From: Verrucomicrobiaceae bacterium
GTDB taxonomy: Bacteria; Verrucomicrobiota; Verrucomicrobiia; Verrucomicrobiales; Akkermansiaceae
Length of the DNA stretch: 64,000 nucleotides
Assembly: GCA_051252135.1 (NCBI GenBank)
Contig: JBPOGH010000019.1
Span: 21,176 to 85,175 of the forward strand
Direction: 5' to 3'
Each line of letters starts with the position of its first letter. The first letter of the stretch is position 1. The notes beneath the pieces are model-generated. The model saw only the letters and a list, made by a program, of their open reading frames with translations, ran no database searches and was not told where the DNA came from. Made by a program: the position numbers and the translations under genes. Shown here one piece after another: positions 1-7,182 of this stretch.

Positions 1-2784
1 CCTACCGAGATCGAACCCTTCGGTGGAGCCGCCACCTGCCTCGGCGGCTGCATCCGCGACCCCCTTTCCGGCCGCTCCTACGTCTATCAGGCCATGCGCG
101 TCTCCGGTGCCGCCGACCCACGCACCCCCTATGCCGACACCATCCCCGGCAAACTCCCCCAGCGAAAAATCTGTCAGGAAGCCGCCCACGGCTACTCTTC
201 TTACGGAAACCAAATCGGCCTCGCCACCGGCAAGGTCTCCGAGATCTACCACCCAAACTACGCCGCCAAGCGCATGGAAATCGGAGCCGTCGTCTCAGGC
301 TCCCCCCGTAAAAACGTCTTCCGCGGCGGACCTTCCACCGGCGACTTCATCCTCGTCATCGGCGGCCGCACCGGACGCGATGGCGTCGGCGGAGCCACCG
401 GCTCCTCCAAGGAGCACACCGACACCGCCCTCGACAACTCCGCCGAAGTCCAAAAAGGCGACGCCCCCACCGAGCGCAAAATCCAACGCCTCTTCCGCAA
501 CCCGGAACTCGCTCCCAAAATTAAAATCTGTAACGACTTCGGAGCCGGCGGAGTCTCCGTCGCCATCGGTGAAATCGCCGACAGCCTCACGCTCAACCTC
601 GACGCCCTCCCCAAGAAATACGAGGGCCTCGATGGCACCGAGCTCGCCATCTCCGAGTCCCAGGAACGCATGGCCATCTGCGTCGACCCCAGCGAGGTCG
701 ACTACTTCATCGCCGAGTCCGATAAGGAAAACCTCGAGTGCGTCCACGTCGCCACCGTCACCGATACCGGCCGCCTCGTCATGACCTGGCGCGGCGATAC
801 CATCGTCGACCTCTCCCGTGAATTCCTCGAGACCAACGGCGTCCAGCAGTCCGCACAAGTGGCCGTCTCCGCCCCCGGCGATGACTGCCCGCTCAAACAC
901 GCCATCCCCGCCGTCGCCGCTCAAGACGACCTCGAGGAAAAATTCCACGCCGCTCTCTCCGATCTCAATTCAGCCTCACAAAAAGGCCTCGGCGAACGCT
1001 TCGACTCCTCGGTCGGCGCCGGCACCGTCCTCTCTCCCTTCGGCGGTCAGCACCAACGCACCCCTGTCGATGCCATGGTCGCCACCCTGCCCTTCCTCGA
1101 AGGACACAGCACCACCACCACTCACATGTCCTGGGGATTCAATCCCTACCTCGCCAGCTGGAGCCCCTACCACGGCGCCCTCTACGCCGTCACCGAGTCC
1201 GCCTGCCGTATCGTCGCCTCCGGCGCACGCCTCCCCGACATCCGACTCACTCTTCAGGAATACTTCCCCAAGCTCGGCGGCGATCCCAAACGCTGGGGCC
1301 TCCCCTTCTCCGCTCTCCTCGGTGCCTTCCGCGCCCAAAACGAGCTCCGCCTCGCCGCCATCGGCGGAAAAGACTCCATGTCCGGCTCGTTCAATGACAT
1401 GGACGTCCCGCCCACTCTCGTCTCCTTCGCCCTCGCCCCCGGAAGTACGAACTCTGTCGTATCTCCCGAGTTCAAGAAGACCGGCTCCACCGTTTCTCTC
1501 ATCAAGATTCCGCGCGACGCCGACCTCATCCCCGACTTCGCTTACCTCAAGGACATTGCCGACCGCCTCCACGCCGAAGTGCAAAAAGGCACCATCAACG
1601 CCCTTCACAGCCTCGATCACGGAGGCATTGCCACCGGACTCGCCAAGATGGCCTTCGGAAATGGCATCGGCTTCCACGCCACCGCCAGCATCGACCTCTT
1701 CACCGAGCGCTTCATCTCCTTCCTCGTCGAATCCGATGAACCTCTCCCCGATTCCCTCGGAGCCAAAGTCATTGGAAAAACCCAGGAAGAACCACAGTTC
1801 GACTTCGGCGAAGTCACCCTCTCCCTCGAAGACCTCCTCGAGTCCTGGGTCACCCCACTCGACGACGTCTTCCCCGAATCCGCCGACCCCGCCCACACCG
1901 AGATCGAAACCTTCTCTTCAACCTTCAATGTTGGACGTTCAACCTTGGACGTTCCAAAACCGAAGGTATTGATCCCCGCCTTCCCCGGAACCAATTCGGA
2001 ATACGACACCGCCAAAGCCTTCGATCTCGCCGGTGCCACCACCGAGATCCCCGTCTTCCGGAACCTCACCCCGCAGGCCGTCGAGGAATCACTCACCGCT
2101 CTCGCGGAAAAGATTTCCCAATCACAAATCCTCGTCATCCCCGGAGGCTTCTCCGCCGGTGACGAACCCGCCGGTTCCGGTAAGTTCATCGCCACCATCC
2201 TGCGCAGCCCCCGCGTCGCCGATGCCGTCATGGACCTCCTCAAAAACCGCGACGGACTCATCCTCGGCATTTGCAATGGCTTCCAGGCCCTCGTCAAAAC
2301 CGGCCTCGTCCCCTACGGCGAAATCCGTGGCCGTGCGGACGACCTGGAGGGAGTGCAAGCTCCGAAAGCAGGTCAGCCGACCCTCACCTACAACGACATC
2401 GGCCGCCACATCGCCTGCTACGCCACCACCCGCATCGCCTCAACCCTCTCCCCTTGGCTCTCCGGCTGCGAGGTCGGCGACCTCCACAACATCCCCTTCT
2501 CCCACGGCGAAGGAAAATTCTGGGCCTCCGAAGAAGACATCCGCGCCCTTGCCGAATCCGGCCAGATCGCCACTCAATACACCACTCACGATGGCGAACC
2601 CACCATGGACCCCGCCTTCAACCCCAACGGCTCCCTCTACGCCATCGAAGGCATCACCAGCCCCTGCGGCCGCGTCCTCGGTAAAATGGGCCACACCGAA
2701 CGCCGAGGCCCCGCCGTCGGTCAAAACATCCCCGGCAACAAACACCAGCCCCTCTTCAAGGCCGGCGTCAACTACTTCGCCTAA
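1..2784 (+). CDS. purL: Phosphoribosylformylglycinamidine synthase, fused synthetase + glutaminase type; 5' end lies outside the window
   Basis: Frame is open from base 1 (PTEIEPFGGAATCLGGCIRDPLSGR). Motifs DFGAGG, SESQERM, IGGKDSMSG; glutaminase motifs FPGTNSE, PGGFSAGD, GICNGFQ, SHGEG, NPNGS, MGHTER. Confidence 0.97.
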   Translation, partial: PTEIEPFGGAATCLGGCIRDPLSGRSYVYQAMRVSGAADPRTPYADTIPGKLPQRKICQEAAHGYSSYGNQIGLATGKVSEIYHPNYAAKRMEIGAVVSGSPRKNVFRGGPSTGDFILVIGGRTGRDGVGGATGSSKEHTDTALDNSAEVQKGDAPTERKIQRLFRNPELAPKIKICNDFGAGGVSVAIGEIADSLTLNLDALPKKYEGLDGTELAISESQERMAICVDPSEVDYFIAESDKENLECVHVATVTDTGRLVMTWRGDTIVDLSREFLETNGVQQSAQVAVSAPGDDCPLKHAIPAVAAQDDLEEKFHAALSDLNSASQKGLGERFDSSVGAGTVLSPFGGQHQRTPVDAMVATLPFLEGHSTTTTHMSWGFNPYLASWSPYHGALYAVTESACRIVASGARLPDIRLTLQEYFPKLGGDPKRWGLPFSALLGAFRAQNELRLAAIGGKDSMSGSFNDMDVPPTLVSFALAPGSTNSVVSPEFKKTGSTVSLIKIPRDADLIPDFAYLKDIADRLHAEVQKGTINALHSLDHGGIATGLAKMAFGNGIGFHATASIDLFTERFISFLVESDEPLPDSLGAKVIGKTQEEPQFDFGEVTLSLEDLLESWVTPLDDVFPESADPAHTEIETFSSTFNVGRSTLDVPKPKVLIPAFPGTNSEYDTAKAFDLAGATTEIPVFRNLTPQAVEESLTALAEKISQSQILVIPGGFSAGDEPAGSGKFIATILRSPRVADAVMDLLKNRDGLILGICNGFQALVKTGLVPYGEIRGRADDLEGVQAPKAGQPTLTYNDIGRHIACYATTRIASTLSPWLSGCEVGDLHNIPFSHGEGKFWASEEDIRALAESGQIATQYTTHDGEPTMDPAFNPNGSLYAIEGITSPCGRVLGKMGHTERRGPAVGQNIPGNKHQPLFKAGVNYFA

Positions 2785-2789
2785 TCACA

Positions 2790-2955
2790 GGAGCCGGGGC
2801 GTCCAGCCCCGCCCTCATAGGCAGGGACCTTTTTCCAAAAGGTCCGGCTGCTTGCTCGTCGCCCCACCCATAAAAAATCCCAAGCTCAAAAAAGCCCTCC
2901 AACAACCAAGCCCAACGGGCCATCCCAACGCAGCCCCAGGCAACGCCTGGGGTTT
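2790..2955. repeat. Cluster of intergenic REP-like palindromes
   Basis: Three hairpins: CGGGGC-GTCCA-GCCCCG (2795-2811), GGACCTTTT-TCC-AAAAGGTCC (2825-2845; recurs at 6682-6702) and CCCCAGGC-AAC-GCCTGGGG (~2934-2952). Confidence 0.6.
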
Positions 2956-3090
2956 CTTGTCTTAAATATCAACCGGCCAAGCCCAACAGCTCCGCTTCAC
3001 TTCCACCAACTCGCAGGACCACACCGCTGACTCCGCACCCCCAATGCATCTTGCCGCGCCCTCATTGTTCCACTACCTTAAAACGAAGTC

Positions 3091-3555
3091 ATGAGCGGAA
3101 ATAAAAAGAAGATTCTCCTGTTTGTGACTTCAGCCCTCCTAATCACCGTCAGCTGGATCTTCTTTAAAGCATTCATCAAATTCTCTATCGAAGACAACAT
3201 CCACAAAACCTACGCACCAGTCGTTGCCGCTCTCGATGACTACACCGATCTAAATAAAAAAGCCCCGGAATCACTTTCAGACCTCGTCCCTGCTTTCTTA
3301 CCAAAGATCCCCACCTCGGAAAACGTATCTCATGTAGGCTTCCTCAAATCTGAAAATGGCGCAGGATGGAGACTCTTGCTACTGAGCAACAAAACAGGCC
3401 AAACCCGAGTCTACTTTGCTCACCACAAAACCCCTCCCTCTCCAGCCGAGAAAGAAGCAATCGCTCTCACCTACCACAACCTCTGGATCGTCCTCGAAGG
3501 AACCCAAGCCGAATCTCTCGCCACCTCAATTAAAGGTGGCCATTCTGCCCCCTGA
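3091..3555 (+). CDS. Hypothetical protein with N-terminal membrane anchor
   Basis: 154-aa ORF; KKK followed by a hydrophobic helix; segment VAALDDYTDLNKKAPESLSDLVPAFLPKIP resembles the PxxLxxL motif of pseudopilin-like proteins; more AT-rich than its neighbours. Confidence 0.65.
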   Translation: MSGNKKKILLFVTSALLITVSWIFFKAFIKFSIEDNIHKTYAPVVAALDDYTDLNKKAPESLSDLVPAFLPKIPTSENVSHVGFLKSENGAGWRLLLLSNKTGQTRVYFAHHKTPPSPAEKEAIALTYHNLWIVLEGTQAESLATSIKGGHSAP

Positions 3556-3573
3556 GCTTCGCCCACCAAAAAA

Positions 3574-4011
3574 TCAGGAGTCTTTCGGGGAACCTCGATC
3601 AGCGAGCTGTTCAAGAAATACCCGCGCCTCTTCTTTACAGTCCTTGCGCAGACGGCCCGACCCCACAATCTCATTCAACACCGGAACCGCCCGTCGATCT
3701 CCGATCTTCCCCAAATAGAGCGCGGCATTGATCCGGATATAAAACTCCTCGCTCTTAAGATCCTCGACCGCAACCCCGCTCCACTCCGGCTCCCCCGTCT
3801 CTTGCAAAACGTAATACGCCCGGGTCTTGTCTTCGAGAACAGAAGACTCCAACCAGTCTGAGATCTGCTCCCTCATCACCGTCTCCGGTTCCTTGACTGC
3901 TTGGATGTCGCTTTGGATCTCTGAGTCATGATCCGCCTGTGTTCCCCAAAGATACACCAAACTAGGAATCCCGAGGCCAAGCAGAATCGCCACACTCAAA
4001 AACGCTTTCAT
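3574..4011 (-). CDS. Membrane-anchored HEAT-repeat-like protein
   Basis: N-terminal hydrophobic helix; C-terminal DLKSEEFYIRINAALYLGKIGDRRAVPVL is a PBS-lyase HEAT-like repeat. Confidence 0.65.
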   Translation of the reverse strand: MKAFLSVAILLGLGIPSLVYLWGTQADHDSEIQSDIQAVKEPETVMREQISDWLESSVLEDKTRAYYVLQETGEPEWSGVAVEDLKSEEFYIRINAALYLGKIGDRRAVPVLNEIVGSGRLRKDCKEEARVFLEQLADRGSPKDS

Positions 4012-4143
4012 CACCTCCTACCCTATCGAACCCTTCATCCTGGTGCCAGTGCATACCGCAACTCAATGACCCCCTCAATAATTGGAGTTAGATTTCCGCC
4101 TTCTCGGAAGTAACCTCACGTGGGGATACGCTCCCGCTGCCCC

Positions 4144-5445
4144 ATGAAATCCCTCTTCCACCTCGCGATCGCCTTCACCGGCATTTACGTTGCCAGCGCC
4201 CAACACCCCCACTCCGATCCTCAAAACACCGGCAACTGGACCCTCAACCCCGCCGTCAGCGACGAGTTCAACGCCCCCACCCTCGACACCAACAAATGGT
4301 GGGTCCAGGGCGCCAACGATCATTACGAAAACCGCTGGAAAGGCCGCGCCCCCTCCCAGTTCGCACCGGGAAACATCGCCCTCAAGGACGGCCACCTCGT
4401 CATCACCTCCCGCTGGGACGAAACCTTCACATTCTCCGACTCCACCGACAACGGCACCCCTTACGGAAAAGACAAAACCGGCCGCCCCGTCACCGTCACC
4501 ACCGGAGCCGTCATCAGCAAAGCCCACTTCCTCCACGGCTACATGGAGACCCGCGCCCGCGCCGCCGCCGGCCCCGTCTCCAGCTCCTTCTGGACCACCG
4601 GCAAGGGCGGCGAGCTCGATGTCTTCGAGCACTACGGCAGCAACCCCGGCAACAAGCTCGCCGGCAAACGCTACCATTCCTCGTTCCACGACTGGCGCGT
4701 CCCCGTCACCAGCCCCACCTACGGCAAGCGCATCTGGACCAACGAACACTACCTCCCCTTCAACGTCGCCGATGATTTCCACATCTACGGACTCGAGTGG
4801 CACCCCGACTACCTCCGCATCTTCATCGATGGCAAACTCATCCGCCACGTCACCCGCGAGGAAATCGGCGATGCCTGGGTCGTCACCAACGAGCAAAAAG
4901 TCTGGCTCGACTCCGAGCTCTTCCCCTGGGAACTCGCCCCTGAAAAAACCACCAAAGCACACTTCCCCGCCGAGGGCTTCCGCTTCCAGATCGACTACGT
5001 CCGCATCTGGCAGAACGACAAAAAAGCCGCCCCTCACAGCCCCCAACCCAACCTCGTAAAAAGCCCCGACCTCAAAGGAGACCTCTCCCCCTGGGTCGCC
5101 ACCGGAAGCGGCGCCATCACCCCCGATGGCATCGGAAACATCGGCCCTCAAAAAGGCGCCATCGAACAACAAGTCAGCCTCGAGCCCAACTCCACCTACA
5201 TCCTCTCCGCCTCCATGCGGTGCCCCGGAACCAATCTCAAAAACATCTACCACGACGCCTGGTTCGGCATCAAAAACCACGGCGGAGACTTCACCAGCAT
5301 CCGCGTCTTCAGTCCCGACTGGCACCGCAAAAGCATCCAGTTCCAAACCGGCCCCACCAACGACAAAGCCGTCCTCTTCTTCACCAACCAATGGTCGGAC
5401 GAAGCCGCACAAATCAGCTCCGTCGAAATCATCAAGGTTCCCTAA
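4144..5445 (+). CDS. Secreted glycoside hydrolase family 16 with a C-terminal carbohydrate-binding-like module; possibly acts on red-algal galactans
   Basis: Signal peptide MKSLFHLAIAFTGIYVASA; SDEFN, catalytic ELDVFE (ExDxxE), FHIYGLEW, QIDYVRIWQ; C-terminal jelly-roll region (NLVK..., LEPNSTYILSA). Substrate is an inference. Confidence 0.85.
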   Translation: MKSLFHLAIAFTGIYVASAQHPHSDPQNTGNWTLNPAVSDEFNAPTLDTNKWWVQGANDHYENRWKGRAPSQFAPGNIALKDGHLVITSRWDETFTFSDSTDNGTPYGKDKTGRPVTVTTGAVISKAHFLHGYMETRARAAAGPVSSSFWTTGKGGELDVFEHYGSNPGNKLAGKRYHSSFHDWRVPVTSPTYGKRIWTNEHYLPFNVADDFHIYGLEWHPDYLRIFIDGKLIRHVTREEIGDAWVVTNEQKVWLDSELFPWELAPEKTTKAHFPAEGFRFQIDYVRIWQNDKKAAPHSPQPNLVKSPDLKGDLSPWVATGSGAITPDGIGNIGPQKGAIEQQVSLEPNSTYILSASMRCPGTNLKNIYHDAWFGIKNHGGDFTSIRVFSPDWHRKSIQFQTGPTNDKAVLFFTNQWSDEAAQISSVEIIKVP

Positions 5446-5500
5446 CCTCAGTTCGTCATCTTAATTTGACGCGCCCCCCTCGGATCATCATGCTGATAAC

Positions 5501-6637
5501 ATGATCCACTCAGTTCCTTCTCGTCGTGAAGCCCTCAGCTTGAGCACCAAAGCCATCCTCGCTTCCACCCTCGGCCTGCAATCATCTTGGGCCGATGTCC
5601 GTGAAAACTCCGACCCCCGCCCGCTCGGCCTCGCCATCCTCGGCCTGGGCGACTACGCCACCACCCGCATCGCCCCCGCCCTCACCAAGACCCGCCACGT
5701 CAAACTCACCGGCCTCATCACCGGCTCCCCCGACAAACTCCCCGGATGGCAGGGCAAATACAAAATCCCCGATGAGAACGTCTACACCTACGACGACCTC
5801 GAAAAAATCGCCGACAACAAGGACATCGATGTCGTCTACGTCATCACCCCCACCGGCACCCATGCCGATTTCACCATCCGCGCACTTGAAGCCGGCAAGC
5901 ACGTCATCTGCGAAAAGCCCATGGCTCCCACCGTGGCCGAATGCGACCGCATGATCGAAGCCGCCAAGAAAGCCAACCGCATGCTCCAGATCGGATACCG
6001 CCTCTACTGGGACCCCTACCACACCCGCCTCATCACCGCCATGCGCGACAAGGAATTTGGCGACTGGACCGCCCTCGAGTCCGGCTTCGGCTACTCCATC
6101 AACAAGAACTCCATCCACCTCCCCCACATCGCCTGGCGCATCGGCAAGGAACTCGGTATCGCCGGCGCACTCTACGATGTCGGAGTCTACGCCATCCAGG
6201 GCGCCTTCTACGCCACCCAAATCCACCCCGTCCGCGTCACCGCTACCAGCTCCACCGACCGGCCGGATGTCTTCACCGAAGTCCCCGAAAACTGGGAATG
6301 GGAACTCGAATACGCCGATGGCCGCAAGTCCAAGCACATGGCCAGTTACAATCGCAACGGCAACAACCTTCACGTCCAGACCGAAGAGGGAAAACTCCAC
6401 ATCGACTCCGCCTACAACTACGAAGGCCAAACCGGAGAAACACCCCTCGGCCCCATGGACTTCGAGCAAGTCTTCCAGCAAGCCCTCCAACTCGACGCCC
6501 AGGCCCTCGCCATCCACAAGCGCGCCTCCAACGTCACCCCCGGAGAAATGGGCCGCCGCGACATCCGCGTCGTCAACGCCGTCATGGAAGCCGCCGCCAC
6601 CGGAAAACCCGTCGAATTCTCCAAATTCGAATATTAG
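5501..6637 (+). CDS. Gfo/Idh/MocA-family oxidoreductase (glucose-fructose oxidoreductase-like), probable Tat export
   Basis: SRREAL twin-arginine-like leader; ILGLGDYA Rossmann motif; AGKHVICEKPMA; GALYDVGVY. Confidence 0.9.
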   Translation: MIHSVPSRREALSLSTKAILASTLGLQSSWADVRENSDPRPLGLAILGLGDYATTRIAPALTKTRHVKLTGLITGSPDKLPGWQGKYKIPDENVYTYDDLEKIADNKDIDVVYVITPTGTHADFTIRALEAGKHVICEKPMAPTVAECDRMIEAAKKANRMLQIGYRLYWDPYHTRLITAMRDKEFGDWTALESGFGYSINKNSIHLPHIAWRIGKELGIAGALYDVGVYAIQGAFYATQIHPVRVTATSSTDRPDVFTEVPENWEWELEYADGRKSKHMASYNRNGNNLHVQTEEGKLHIDSAYNYEGQTGETPLGPMDFEQVFQQALQLDAQALAIHKRASNVTPGEMGRRDIRVVNAVMEAAATGKPVEFSKFEY

Positions 6638-6639
6638 CC

Positions 6640-6710
6640 CCTCAAAGGCAGGGACCTCAAAGGCAGGGACCTCAAAGGCAGGGACCTTTCTCCGAAAGGT
6701 CCGGCTGCTT
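6640..6710. repeat. 3 x 15-bp tandem repeat (CCTCAAAGGCAGGGA) running into a REP-like hairpin
   Basis: Perfect copies at 6640-6654, 6655-6669 and 6670-6684, then GGACCTTTC-TCC-GAAAGGTCCGGCTGCTT, which matches 2825-2853. Confidence 0.85.
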
Positions 6711-6836
6711 TCATCCCGCTACTCAAAAAGATCCTCTCCCCTCCCAATCGCCCCCATCCCACGCCGTCCCCCAAAAAAAATCCGACCCCGAACCTAAGCC
6801 CGGGGCCGAATTTCACATCACTAGTTCATACAGAAA

Positions 6837-7148
6837 TTAGTAGCGACCATGCCGATGTCCACGATGGGAGTATCCATGGTCTCCATATCCACCGTAGTTT
6901 CCGTAGCCGCCATAGCTTCCATACCCTTGGCCATAACCATAGCCTTGGTTGTAGTAGGCATTTTTCTTCTTCTGACGGTCCTTGGCCATGCTGTAGCCGA
7001 TCAAACCGACCGCAGCAGCACCAATCACCGCCCCTTCGGGACTCACGGTATTCACCTGACGCCCCTGGGAATCATAAGCGGTTGTGCAGCTGACCCCAAA
7101 AAGGCCAACGAGAACGAGAGCGGCAAATCTGGATAATGGTGTTTTCAT
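6837..7148 (-). CDS. Small lipoprotein with a glycine-zipper-like segment and Gly/Tyr-rich tail
   Basis: Lipobox-like GVSC after a hydrophobic leader; GAVIGAAAVGLIGY; C-terminal GY repeats. Confidence 0.7.
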   Translation of the reverse strand: MKTPLSRFAALVLVGLFGVSCTTAYDSQGRQVNTVSPEGAVIGAAAVGLIGYSMAKDRQKKKNAYYNQGYGYGQGYGSYGGYGNYGGYGDHGYSHRGHRHGRY

Positions 7149-7182
7149 CTTACCCATAAGACCTGCCGCCCCCGCCATTTAT

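Noticed and set aside
6640..6684. Possible CRISPR array
   Set aside because: The 15-bp units are directly adjacent with no spacers, and no cas genes are in the window. The same applies to 63869-63907.
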